54,570 nucleotides of DNA from positions 1 through 54,570 of the IMG/VR virus record IMGVR_UViG_3300020214_000017. One strand, given 5' to 3'. Every line of letters begins with the position of its first letter. The first letter of the stretch is position 1. The position numbers and the translations under genes were made by a program. The notes beneath the pieces were generated by a model. The model made no database searches and had not been told where the DNA came from. It saw only the letters and a program-made list of their open reading frames with translations. Below, one piece after another: positions 18,393-26,894 of this stretch. The stretch comes from a virus (Duplodnaviria > Caudoviricetes).

Positions 18393-18676
18393 TGTCTATC
18401 ACCCGCCCCGCAATTCAGAAAGCCTTGGAGAACCAAGATATGACTTTGTTGCTTATGGACGGGTTTGATGAAGCCTTTATGGGTTATACGACCCGTATAA
18501 ACGAACCTGATGTCGCTATTTATGATTACGATACGATGGTGGCTGTTTGTATGAAACGAGACGGTATGACCTATGATGACGCAGTTGAATATATTGAGTT
18601 CAACTGTCAAGGTGCGTGGGTCGGTGAGCGAACACCCCATATTTTGAGGCGACTGGATTCGCTTGATGGAGTATGA
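18392..18676 (+). CDS. Conserved phage hypothetical protein
   Basis: DGFDEAF.G...YDYD.M....DGMT..DA.EYIEFN..GAWVGE.TP. Confidence 0.75.
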   Translation: MSITRPAIQKALENQDMTLLLMDGFDEAFMGYTTRINEPDVAIYDYDTMVAVCMKRDGMTYDDAVEYIEFNCQGAWVGERTPHILRRLDSLDGV

Positions 18677-18956
18677 GTTTAAGACGGGGCCAATAGGCTC
18701 ATATACCGAGTTCTTGGCTGACACATCCATTCGATATGACAAGCATTTGAGGGCGACCATCCCCTCAAAGCAACTTCGTTATGGTCAGTATTATTACGCC
18801 CGACTTATGACGTGCCGTCCCGATATTGCAAATGCGCTGATAAATACTGATTACGACCCGTACTATCAGTATCAACTTTCTGAGGAACAACACAAAGTCA
18901 TCGAGAAACTGTGGGAAAACAGTATTTGTAAGTTCGATGGTTTTTGGTTCGAATAA
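18666..18956 (+). CDS. Hypothetical phage protein
   Basis: LRYGQ...RPDIA...DPYY. Confidence 0.65.
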   Translation: MEYEFKTGPIGSYTEFLADTSIRYDKHLRATIPSKQLRYGQYYYARLMTCRPDIANALINTDYDPYYQYQLSEEQHKVIEKLWENSICKFDGFWFE

Positions 18957-18958
18957 CT

Positions 18959-19159
18959 ATGGCGGTTCCGCCGTTATATAAATGCCAAGTATGCGAGTTC
19001 CCATTAGACCCAAAAGGACAGGGTGTTCTCAGGTTAGCCAATGTTTGGGTGCGCGGGGCCAGTAAAACGCTGTATTCCATTGACCACGAACTTTATGTAT
19101 ATAGACACGAAGCGTGCGTGGATAGGAAACTTCGCCAAGAACAAGAGACTCTATTCTAA
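18959..19159 (+). CDS. Small putative zinc-binding protein
   Basis: CQVC...HEAC. Confidence 0.55.
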   Translation: MAVPPLYKCQVCEFPLDPKGQGVLRLANVWVRGASKTLYSIDHELYVYRHEACVDRKLRQEQETLF

Positions 19160-19247
19160 AAGCACGGTTAAGGCCCCGAGCGACACACCTGTTTGTGTTT
19201 GTTGGTTAAAAAATTCCGGGGCTCCGCCGTCTTTGTTTAAGGGCGGG

Positions 19248-19276
19248 TTGTCTTGTACCATTAGTGCCTGTAAGGT
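19248..19276 (+). promoter_or_regulatory. Cassette promoter repeat
   Basis: TTGTCT-17-TAAGGT-7-ATG. Confidence 0.8.
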
Positions 19277-19283
19277 GTGGGGT

Positions 19284-19514
19284 ATGGAAACACACACTAC
19301 TCCCGCTATGTCCATCAACGAAATCAACGCTCGCGTGCTTACGGCGCGCGCGCTCCTGCGCAAAGCCGCCAACGAGTTGATTACTGTCGCTCGCGCGATG
19401 GGCGACGAGCGCGACTTCAGCATGCCTGCCGATGATGCCGTGTCGCTTATCCGCGAGGCTCATGACTTGGCGCGCGTTCAGGGTGACCGATGGGAAGCAC
19501 GGGCGCAAGCCTGA
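19284..19514 (+). CDS. Hypothetical protein
   Basis: Leaderless single-gene cassette, GC-richer than neighbours. Confidence 0.65.
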   Translation: METHTTPAMSINEINARVLTARALLRKAANELITVARAMGDERDFSMPADDAVSLIREAHDLARVQGDRWEARAQA

Positions 19515-19678
19515 GAGCGGTCAGCCCGCACGGAACTAGCCCCTTTCCACCACCGTAAGGTATAGCCATAAGAAGGGCAATAGGCCCCGGTTTGCCCAGA
19601 CTTGCGACACGCATTATCGGGACTCTGTTCTTGCGACACGCATCATCGGGACTCCGTTATTTTTATTGTGGGGTGAGG

Positions 19679-19707
19679 TTGTCTTATACCATTAGTGCCG
19701 CTACACT
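19679..19707 (+). promoter_or_regulatory. Cassette promoter repeat
   Basis: TTGTCT-17-TACACT-6-GTCGGGC leader. Confidence 0.8.
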
Positions 19708-19713
19708 TGATAT

Positions 19714-19790
19714 GTCGGGCAACATCATCAACCAACCTCCCCACCCTCCCTCCGCCCGACGGGGGGGGTGGGGGGGAGTATAGGGAGGTC
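19714..19790 (+). ncRNA. Candidate structured leader RNA (pseudoknot), copy 1
   Basis: 5' GTCGGGC is complementary to GCCCGAC (19754-19760) in the loop of a C-rich/G-rich stem. Confidence 0.55.
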
Positions 19791-19801
19791 GGGGGGTGAA
19801 T

Positions 19802-19933
19802 ATGAATCCGTTTGGTTTGACTGACGAGGAAGTGGCACAGGCACTCGAACTGTGTGCGAGCATCTTAAAACAATGCGACGAGTTGCGTAAGACTCTTGCC
19901 GAAGTGCCTGCCGATATTGACGGCAAGGCGTAA
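19802..19933 (+). CDS. Small protein (43 aa)
   Basis: MNPFGLTDEEVAQALELCASILKQCDELRK...; GGGGTG SD; followed by hairpin and T-run. Confidence 0.55.
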   Translation: MNPFGLTDEEVAQALELCASILKQCDELRKTLAEVPADIDGKA

Positions 19934-19941
19934 ATCACCTG

Positions 19942-19980
19942 TAGCGGGTGTCGGTTTGACAGACCGACCCCGCTGTTTTT
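19942..19980 (+). terminator. Intrinsic terminator
   Basis: TAGCGGGTGTCGGTTT...AGACCGACCCCGCTG followed by TTTTT. Confidence 0.65.
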
Positions 19981-20189
19981 CGGCCCCGCTTATTTACAAG
20001 TCTTGCGAAATAACAAGTTCTGAAGATTACCTAACGGGGCAACAAGACGACCTGCGTGGCTGTGGTTCAATAAAACGAGGTATTAGAGGCTTTGTGATTA
20101 TTATTACGGTTTCATTTGACTGTTGTTTTTGCGTCTCTTGCTTGTCTGAGGGTCCCGATGATGTCGGCGATGGGGATTCGTTCATTTAG

Positions 20190-20456
20190 TCAGCCTTGCC
20201 ATATCAAAAAACGGTTATTTTCAACATCTTGTTGCGACCGTATTGTGCCTGCGATAGCCCCGATTGTGCCGGCGGTGAAAGGAGGAATATCGTGAAGTCC
20301 TTTCTCAATTTTGTCGGTGCGCAACTCTCGTTCCAAGCGGGATATGGCTTGTTCAAGTTCTTTGACCCTTCTTTCCAATACGACTTCGCGTGTGGGGGCT
20401 TCAAATCGCCAGTCCCGTAGTTCTTCTAGGTAGGGAATCTCGTCATTTTTGTCCAT
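20190..20456 (-). CDS. Hypothetical coiled-coil protein
   Basis: TATGCT 7 nt upstream of the ATG; divergent from the next cassette. Confidence 0.5.
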   Translation of the reverse strand: MDKNDEIPYLEELRDWRFEAPTREVVLERRVKELEQAISRLERELRTDKIEKGLHDIPPFTAGTIGAIAGTIRSQQDVENNRFLIWQG

Positions 20457-20484
20457 AATACAAAGCATAGCCTATTGGAGGGGG

Positions 20485-20513
20485 TTGTCATATACCATTA
20501 ATACCTGTAAAGT
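20485..20513 (+). promoter_or_regulatory. Cassette promoter repeat (variant)
   Basis: TTGTCA-17-TAAAGT-6-ATG. Confidence 0.75.
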
Positions 20514-20519
20514 AGAAAT

Positions 20520-20720
20520 ATGAATATATTGAATCCAAATTGTTTACTATCTCAGCCCAAACAAATTGTTAGTACTTGGTACAAAACTGCCGTGAAAGAA
20601 TTAGTGGAAACGGGACGGATTCCTGATTCGGATGAGGTGTGGGTAAACCAAAATTATTTAGAGAAAATTATGTTTTTTGCCCAAAAGTTATTTGAAGATA
20701 GTCTACAAATAAAGGCGTAA
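20520..20720 (+). CDS. Hypothetical protein
   Basis: Leaderless first gene. Confidence 0.6.
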   Translation: MNILNPNCLLSQPKQIVSTWYKTAVKELVETGRIPDSDEVWVNQNYLEKIMFFAQKLFEDSLQIKA

Positions 20721-20723
20721 TAA

Positions 20724-21287
20724 GTGAAAAGTTTACCATCGTTGGATGTGTTCAATTTTACAATAATTGAATTGTCGCGCCTAGGTAAGCGAGTGATTTG
20801 CGAGCGAGACCGGGGCCCATCAGATAGTTCGCCGTTTATGATTTGGCAGGGTGCGGGTGAAGATGATGTTCATATTTTTCCTTTGAAATACAATAAAAAT
20901 TCAAGCACAATGCTTAAAAACACATTTTCTGAAGCCTTAACTGAGTTCGGGATGCCCTGTTATATTGCGGTGATAGGTGAGGCATATGTGAAATCCACGA
21001 AGGATATTGAAGAAGTCAAAAACATACAACATGGCGAGTTGCAGGAAAATTTCTTGAATAACTACGATGCCTCTATAAAAGAAGTTATATCCGTTATTTG
21101 CTTTGACCTTGAGGGTCATATTCTTGTAAATATCGTTGGCTATAAATACAACGATACGGGACTCCCCGAGTTTGAGGAAGTGGAAACAACGGTTGTTGAT
21201 TTCAACCTAGAGAGAGATTTGCATAGTCATCAAGGACTTACAATGAATGCTATTAAAGAGTTCATCGCATCGGTTAAAGGGTCATGA
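20724..21287 (+). CDS. Hypothetical protein
   Basis: 187-aa ORF; resembles 49876-50499. Confidence 0.65.
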   Translation: MKSLPSLDVFNFTIIELSRLGKRVICERDRGPSDSSPFMIWQGAGEDDVHIFPLKYNKNSSTMLKNTFSEALTEFGMPCYIAVIGEAYVKSTKDIEEVKNIQHGELQENFLNNYDASIKEVISVICFDLEGHILVNIVGYKYNDTGLPEFEEVETTVVDFNLERDLHSHQGLTMNAIKEFIASVKGS

Positions 21288-21334
21288 GCGGTCATGCTAC
21301 GGGCGGGGGTCCCGGCGATGTCGGCGACGATGGG

Positions 21335-21363
21335 TTGTTTTATACCATTAGTACCGCTAACCT
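21335..21363 (+). promoter_or_regulatory. Cassette promoter repeat
   Basis: TTGTTT-17-TAACCT-7-ATG. Confidence 0.8.
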
Positions 21364-21370
21364 GACAGAT

Positions 21371-21547
21371 ATGGGAAGAAAAGTAAATTTAGACGGGCTA
21401 AATGAGTTTCAAGCCCAAGAAGTTCTTGACCGCTATGAAGATTGGATGCAGGCAAGAATTGAAGATTACCTGAGTGGTCAGTTGACTGATGAGATAACTG
21501 ATGAACAGGCCGAAGCGATTGAAGCATTGCTTGACACCGAGGAGTAA
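21371..21547 (+). CDS. Small acidic protein
   Basis: Leaderless first gene. Confidence 0.6.
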   Translation: MGRKVNLDGLNEFQAQEVLDRYEDWMQARIEDYLSGQLTDEITDEQAEAIEALLDTEE

Positions 21548-21802
21548 ATGAGGCTGTATCACGGAACACCCGTGGCGTTTCCGAAGCGCACGCGCAAAGT
21601 TCACCCTACGCCGACAACACAAGACACGGGCGGTTATTCGTTGGGTTGGCGCATCGCGCATGCGACCAGCGACATAACCGAGGCACAACGATACGGTGCG
21701 GTCGTCTATGAAGTTGCGTTTGACAAGCATACGCAAGAGGGATACAGCGACACCTGCTACTTTAGTGAACATGGATTTCGCATTATCAAGCGAGTACTTT
21801 AG
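21548..21802 (+). CDS. Hypothetical protein with ADP-ribosyltransferase-like YHGT motif
   Basis: MRLYHGT...HATSDITEAQRYG.VVYEV. Confidence 0.45.
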   Translation: MRLYHGTPVAFPKRTRKVHPTPTTQDTGGYSLGWRIAHATSDITEAQRYGAVVYEVAFDKHTQEGYSDTCYFSEHGFRIIKRVL

Positions 21803-21811
21803 GTCGGGGCC

Positions 21812-22102
21812 ATGGCAAGAGACGAACAAATGGACAAAGAAATTAAATACGCCAACATAGAACGCTTAGACGAAGCACAAATGCTCGAATTAAAGAACCT
21901 CTTGCTTGCCATTAAGAATCACTTCGTTGCGTATTACGACGAGGCGTTTGAGGCTGATACTGCGCCCGTGGATGCGTTTGTGTTTTGGGAAGTTACCTTA
22001 ATCCAAGAAGACCTTGCCGAAATGATGCAAAGGTTGGAAGATATTAAGAATATGGCGCCTTGGCATGCCGAGTTGTCGGGCAAGTCACCCCACAATGACT
22101 GA
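21812..22102 (+). CDS. Hypothetical protein
   Basis: ORF in cassette. Confidence 0.6.
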   Translation: MARDEQMDKEIKYANIERLDEAQMLELKNLLLAIKNHFVAYYDEAFEADTAPVDAFVFWEVTLIQEDLAEMMQRLEDIKNMAPWHAELSGKSPHND

Positions 22103-22274
22103 CGCAGAACAATTGTTCGTAGATTATTGGGGTCTGGTAATAGACCAATTAGGTGGCTCGCCGTCTTACGAAGACCTCACTGAACTCACGCACGAAACAC
22201 AGGTGGCTTTATTTGGTTGGTGTCCGTGTGAGGACAACGAAGGCAACGAAAACCCGTATGACGACTGCTCATAA
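22095..22274 (+). CDS. Hypothetical protein
   Basis: HETQV..FGWC.CED...PY.DC. Confidence 0.55.
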   Translation: MTDAEQLFVDYWGLVIDQLGGSPSYEDLTELTHETQVALFGWCPCEDNEGNENPYDDCS

Positions 22275-22283
22275 CACGACCTA

Positions 22284-22559
22284 ATGCGGAAAGAACTGAA
22301 GGCGGTCAATCTCGGGGTATCCGCGGAGTCCCGGCACGCAGGGTGGTCGGTGAAGGTGGAAAGGGGCGACCTAGAACAAGACGGAATTATTTACACGGGT
22401 ATGGTGCGTCGTATAACCCTCATTAACGAAGAAAGCAAGGAAAAATTCGTGGAATCGTTTAGGGGGTCGGGCTGTGCGAACAAAGCCGAGATTTGGTTTA
22501 CGACAAAGACAAACGGGGCGTTTGGTTCTCCACAGGAAACACGATGGATGTGGTCTTAA
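22284..22559 (+). CDS. Hypothetical protein
   Basis: ORF in cassette. Confidence 0.55.
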   Translation: MRKELKAVNLGVSAESRHAGWSVKVERGDLEQDGIIYTGMVRRITLINEESKEKFVESFRGSGCANKAEIWFTTKTNGAFGSPQETRWMWS

Positions 22560-22680
22560 AAACCCGTTTCCACCACCGTAAGATATAGGGGTAAAGCGCG
22601 GATGCCCCTCTTGTTGTGTTAATGGCTTCATTTCTCGCCGGCGTCATTCGGGGCTGCCGCCGAGTGTTTGCGGGCGGGGG

Positions 22681-22709
22681 TTGTGTTATACCATTAGTGC
22701 CACTATACT
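22681..22709 (+). promoter_or_regulatory. Cassette promoter repeat
   Basis: TTGTGT-17-TATACT-6-GTCGGGC leader. Confidence 0.8.
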
Positions 22710-22715
22710 GAAAGA

Positions 22716-22776
22716 GTCGGGCAAACTCAAACCAACCTTCCAGCCCCCCTAAGCCCGACAGGGGGGCGGGAAGGAG
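22716..22776 (+). ncRNA. Candidate structured leader RNA (pseudoknot), copy 2
   Basis: 5' GTCGGGC pairs with loop GCCCGAC (22753-22759); the 3' stem arm overlaps the GGAAGGAG SD. Confidence 0.55.
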
Positions 22777-22781
22777 TGATA

Positions 22782-23075
22782 ATGCGTAGAAAACTAGTGC
22801 TAGTTGCCGTAATGGTCGGCATAGTGTCGGTTGTCGGGTTTATTACACGCTCGGCAAGCCAATTCACTTGCGAAGCCGACCCATATACCGTGACGCAGGG
22901 CGATACGCTCTGGGCTATTGCTGAAACCAAATGCGACGGCAATATCCAAATGGTCGTAGATAACCTAATTAGCACCTATGGCGACCCAATTCATAGCGGA
23001 GATGTTATTTGGTTGCCGACAGAAAGCAAATGCCTGCTAGAAAATCGGGACGGTCACATCTATGATGAGTGTTAA
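22782..23075 (+). CDS. Membrane-anchored LysM domain protein
   Basis: N-terminal TM; YTVTQGDTLWAIA...IHSGDVIWLP. Confidence 0.8.
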   Translation: MRRKLVLVAVMVGIVSVVGFITRSASQFTCEADPYTVTQGDTLWAIAETKCDGNIQMVVDNLISTYGDPIHSGDVIWLPTESKCLLENRDGHIYDEC

Positions 23076-25000
23076 TGAGCCGATTATTTCTTGATAATGA
23101 CACGCTCGCCCTAGATTTCCCCTATGACGCAAGTCAGGTAGCCGAAGTCAAGCAGATTAAGGACTGTAAATGGGATAAGGTCAGGCGGTTATGGCGTTGC
23201 CCCGTTTCAAGCGTTAATGAGGCGCGTGAGTTCGCAACCAAACACGGGTTTGTCATTGATAATGAAGTTCTTGTATTCACCTTGCCACGCAGGTTGAGCG
23301 CACAAGATATAGGCGTATATGAAAAGAACGGGGATATTTACATATCGTTTCCTTACGACCCCGTGATGGTCAGGTCGGTCAAACAGATACCTTCAGTCAC
23401 TTGGGATAAGCGCACGGGGGCGTGGCGAGCCCCGATAACGGCAATTAATGAGGCAATTCAATGGGCTAGCAGGTTTAACAGGACTGTTTCACCCGAAATC
23501 CTTGTGAAAGCAAAGGAAATCAACGCACGACTATCCGAATTGAGCGAAGCAAGTCGTGCGGTGGAAGCAGAAATCGTGATAGGCGATACGGGACTCGAAA
23601 AGTCCTTGTTGCCGTATCAAAAAGCAGGCGTAGCCTACGCAAAACAAGCCAAACGCTGTTTTATTGCCGATGAAATGGGGTTGGGAAAGACCTTGCAAGC
23701 AATTGCGACCCTAGAAATTATTGGTCAATATCCAGCCCTTGTTATGTGTCCACCTAATCTTGTGCTGAATTGGAAAGCCGAGTACGCGAAATGGTTGCCT
23801 CAACGCAAAATAGCGACAGTTTTGGCTGGGAAGGGGCAAAAAGAGTTTCCGGAACGCGGGACCTATGACACGCTTGTAATCGGGTACTCGAACATTTCGT
23901 ATTGGGAATCATTTTTGACTTCCCATTCCGCTTATGTATTAGACGAAAGCCATTATTGCAAGACTTTGACAGCCAAACGAACAAAATCGGCGCGCAAAAT
24001 TGTCGCTTCATCGCCTTCTGGAACGCCCGTGTTGTGCCTGACGGGTACGCCCGTGACGAGTCGTCCCGCTGAATATGTGGCGCAGTTGGATATTTTGGGC
24101 AAAATCAAGGACTTTGGTGGCACTTGGGGCTTCTACCGCAGGTATTGCAACGCATTTCAAGATAAGTATGGTCAGTGGCATTTGGAAGGTGCAAGCAATC
24201 TGGAGGAACTTAACGAAAAATTAAGGTCGGTTTGTTATATCAGACGAACAAAAGAGCAAGTATTGGCTGAATTACCGCCCGTATTTCATCAGGAACTCAC
24301 TCTTGTTGGGGCCCCGGCGGCGATGGTTGAGTATGCCAAAGCCGAGAACGACATTGTTCATTACTTGGTCGAGCGTGCGAAAGAAATTGCCTTGGAACTT
24401 GGGACAAATACTCGTTCAGCAATCGTCATCGCACGGATTAAAGCCGAACACGCACAAAATCTTGTACGACTTTCGGTGCTTCGTCGTCTTGCAGCCAAAG
24501 CAAAAATGGAAAGCATAATTGAGTGGGTTCAACAGCGAACTGCCAACGGGGCCAAAGTTGTGATTGCGGCGCATCATAGAGACATAGTTGACGAACTAGC
24601 AAATCGTTTTGGTGGTTTGAAAATACAGGGCGGTATGTCGGTTGCGGAAGTTGAAAATGTCAAACATAAGTTTCAAACAGACCCGCAACAGCAGGTTATA
24701 ACACTTTCTATTCAGGCAGCCAAAACGGGACACACACTCACTGCGGCGCAAGACATAATTTTTGTTGAGTTGCCTTGGACTCCAGCCGATGTTGACCAAA
24801 CATATTCACGACTACACAGAATGGGGCAAAAAGGGTCGGTTACGGCGACTTACGCATTGTGTGGAGGCACAATAGACGAGAAAATCTATTCCCTGATTGC
24901 CTCAAAACGGACAGTTGTGAACACCGCCGTTGACGGCGGCCCCGGTGCCGATGGCGAGGAAGTGGGTATTCAGTTGATTTTAAGCCTTTTGGACAAATAG
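23075..25000 (+). CDS. SNF2-family helicase with two HARP-like N-terminal repeats
   Basis: ADEMGLGKT, DESH, LTGTP, QTYSRLHRMGQ; FPYD..VKQI..WDK...WR.P twice. Confidence 0.9.
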   Translation: MSRLFLDNDTLALDFPYDASQVAEVKQIKDCKWDKVRRLWRCPVSSVNEAREFATKHGFVIDNEVLVFTLPRRLSAQDIGVYEKNGDIYISFPYDPVMVRSVKQIPSVTWDKRTGAWRAPITAINEAIQWASRFNRTVSPEILVKAKEINARLSELSEASRAVEAEIVIGDTGLEKSLLPYQKAGVAYAKQAKRCFIADEMGLGKTLQAIATLEIIGQYPALVMCPPNLVLNWKAEYAKWLPQRKIATVLAGKGQKEFPERGTYDTLVIGYSNISYWESFLTSHSAYVLDESHYCKTLTAKRTKSARKIVASSPSGTPVLCLTGTPVTSRPAEYVAQLDILGKIKDFGGTWGFYRRYCNAFQDKYGQWHLEGASNLEELNEKLRSVCYIRRTKEQVLAELPPVFHQELTLVGAPAAMVEYAKAENDIVHYLVERAKEIALELGTNTRSAIVIARIKAEHAQNLVRLSVLRRLAAKAKMESIIEWVQQRTANGAKVVIAAHHRDIVDELANRFGGLKIQGGMSVAEVENVKHKFQTDPQQQVITLSIQAAKTGHTLTAAQDIIFVELPWTPADVDQTYSRLHRMGQKGSVTATYALCGGTIDEKIYSLIASKRTVVNTAVDGGPGADGEEVGIQLILSLLDK

Positions 25001-25010
25001 CAGGGGGGGG

Positions 25011-25039
25011 TTGTCTAGTACCATTAGTACCGCTAAAGT
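25011..25039 (+). promoter_or_regulatory. Cassette promoter repeat
   Basis: TTGTCT-17-TAAAGT-7-ATG. Confidence 0.8.
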
Positions 25040-25046
25040 AGAAGGT

Positions 25047-25331
25047 ATGGAAAAAACTACATATCGCCATAAAGGGGCGTTGGCTGGTGCGCAAGTCGTG
25101 TATTCGCCAACCACCGAATATGGTGTCAAAACAGAATGGGCAGTTCAACTGTTCTTTCAAAGCCCAACGGGAGACATGAGCGATTTTATTAGTCGTACAA
25201 TACCATGTCTATCCGAAGAGCAAGCAAAGCAAATAGTGGAATATTGGGAGACTCTAGTAGTTCCCTATGCCACGATTGAAAACTTGGACACAATGGCACC
25301 TACCGAATGTTGGTCTACCGCATGGAACTAA
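25047..25331 (+). CDS. Hypothetical protein
   Basis: Leaderless first gene. Confidence 0.65.
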   Translation: MEKTTYRHKGALAGAQVVYSPTTEYGVKTEWAVQLFFQSPTGDMSDFISRTIPCLSEEQAKQIVEYWETLVVPYATIENLDTMAPTECWSTAWN

Positions 25332-25429
25332 CACTTAACTTAAGTGAATATGTTTCCTATTCGCTTATCGTAGCAACTGTCCTAATTGTGGTGTTGGTCA
25401 CCAGATTGGGCAAAAAGCAATAAAGCAAT

Positions 25430-25468
25430 TTCCATGCACGCTTTCGCCCCCCCGAAGCGTGTATGGGA
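25430..25468 (+). terminator. Hairpin, putative terminator
   Basis: TTCCATGCACGCTTT...GAAGCGTGTATGGGA. Confidence 0.5.
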
Positions 25469-25505
25469 TTGTTCTTTTGAATACCTTACGGTAGATTAAA
25501 TTATT

Positions 25506-26477
25506 ATGACGAATATGAATGTTTATTGGAACGAAGATTACTGCGGGACCAAGATTGATTTTGCGACATTCAAAAAGTCCAAATACATTGCTTTTGTATT
25601 GAATAATTATGCGCCCATGGCGAAATGCTTAAATAATTATGGCGTTTCTGTCAAAGACCCAGCCGATAGGGTTGGGATGCTTGCGGAAGCGCAACTTGTC
25701 CTACAGCAAGGCTTAGACCCCAAGTATTTGCAAGCCGTGATGACGGGTCGGCCCCGAGAATTAGCAGAAAGCAATGGTTTCTCTTGGGATATGGGGGTTT
25801 ATCAGACGGTACTCAATTCAACTGCGGGTATCTTGTGCGCAATCCGAGATGTGGCGAGAGGTGGGTTTCATTATGCCTGTTCGTTGTCAAGCGGACTTCA
25901 TCATGCCCGTCGTTCGAGGGGCGCAGGTTTTTGTACGGTGAACTCGCTTGCCCTCGGGGCCATGTACGCAAGAAAAATGTTTGAAAAGGTTTTGATTCTT
26001 GACTTGGACGCACATTGTGGTGGTGGGACAAACGAATATTTACAAAACACGGATATCGTGCAAGTCGATTATTCGACCTCGGATTTTGATTCTTATGCCC
26101 CGAATGGCAATAGCAACTTATTGATTTGTAAAAACAAAGACGAATATCTTGATTTTGGTTTAGCAGAAACTCTCAGTCTTGTTGAAAAAATCGAGCCCGA
26201 TGTGGTTATTTATAACGCTGGGGTGGATATCTATCCATTTGTGGCGCCCGAAACTGTCGTTAAACGGGAGATAATAGTGGCTGATTTCCTTCGAAATCTT
26301 GGTACGCCGACCGTTATTGTCATAGCGGGGGGCTATGGAGATTATGGGGTTCTTACCCAATTGCATTTGGCAACGATTATGGCTTTTGCAACGCCTGATT
26401 TGTTGACCGAATCGCCACGTGTGTCCGCGGGACGCCCGTCTGCTGGGCAATTTGCCCCTTTTGTGGGGTTGCTTTAA
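25506..26477 (+). CDS. Histone deacetylase (Zn-dependent HDAC/AcuC) family protein
   Basis: GLHHA, GFC.VN, DLDAHCGGGT, YNAGVD, GGY. Confidence 0.9.
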   Translation: MTNMNVYWNEDYCGTKIDFATFKKSKYIAFVLNNYAPMAKCLNNYGVSVKDPADRVGMLAEAQLVLQQGLDPKYLQAVMTGRPRELAESNGFSWDMGVYQTVLNSTAGILCAIRDVARGGFHYACSLSSGLHHARRSRGAGFCTVNSLALGAMYARKMFEKVLILDLDAHCGGGTNEYLQNTDIVQVDYSTSDFDSYAPNGNSNLLICKNKDEYLDFGLAETLSLVEKIEPDVVIYNAGVDIYPFVAPETVVKREIIVADFLRNLGTPTVIVIAGGYGDYGVLTQLHLATIMAFATPDLLTESPRVSAGRPSAGQFAPFVGLL

Positions 26478-26497
26478 ATCATTAGTACCTGTAGACT
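26469..26497 (+). promoter_or_regulatory. Cassette promoter repeat (degenerate)
   Basis: TTGCTT-taaatCATTAGTACCtg-TAGACT-6-ATG. Confidence 0.65.
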
Positions 26498-26503
26498 GTG
26501 GTA

Positions 26504-26782
26504 ATGGCTATGAAAGAACTGTCGCCAGAGGAAATAAGGCTTAGTGTTTTGGAACATTTTGCCGAATTTATTGGCAAATTAACAAACGAACCCGATAATG
26601 ACGCATGTTTGGATTTTGCCTCCACAATGCTTGAAGCGATATCTCTTGATGTCATTAAGGCAGACCAAGATGGGCTTATTACAGCCACAATGAAATTGAA
26701 ACCAATTGATGAATTGCTTGCTGATTTTGACGATACAGCCAATTTTGACGATACATTTGACGAAGACCCTATAAACGAGTAG
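26504..26782 (+). CDS. Hypothetical acidic protein
   Basis: Leaderless first gene. Confidence 0.6.
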   Translation: MAMKELSPEEIRLSVLEHFAEFIGKLTNEPDNDACLDFASTMLEAISLDVIKADQDGLITATMKLKPIDELLADFDDTANFDDTFDEDPINE

Positions 26783-26894
26783 GATAATAAGACAAATGGA
26801 CCCAGCATTGGCAGATGCAATATGCCTTCGCTATAAGCAACTAAGATATCGGCGAGGGCAACATGCTTTCGCTACAAACAACAAGGAGACGAAA

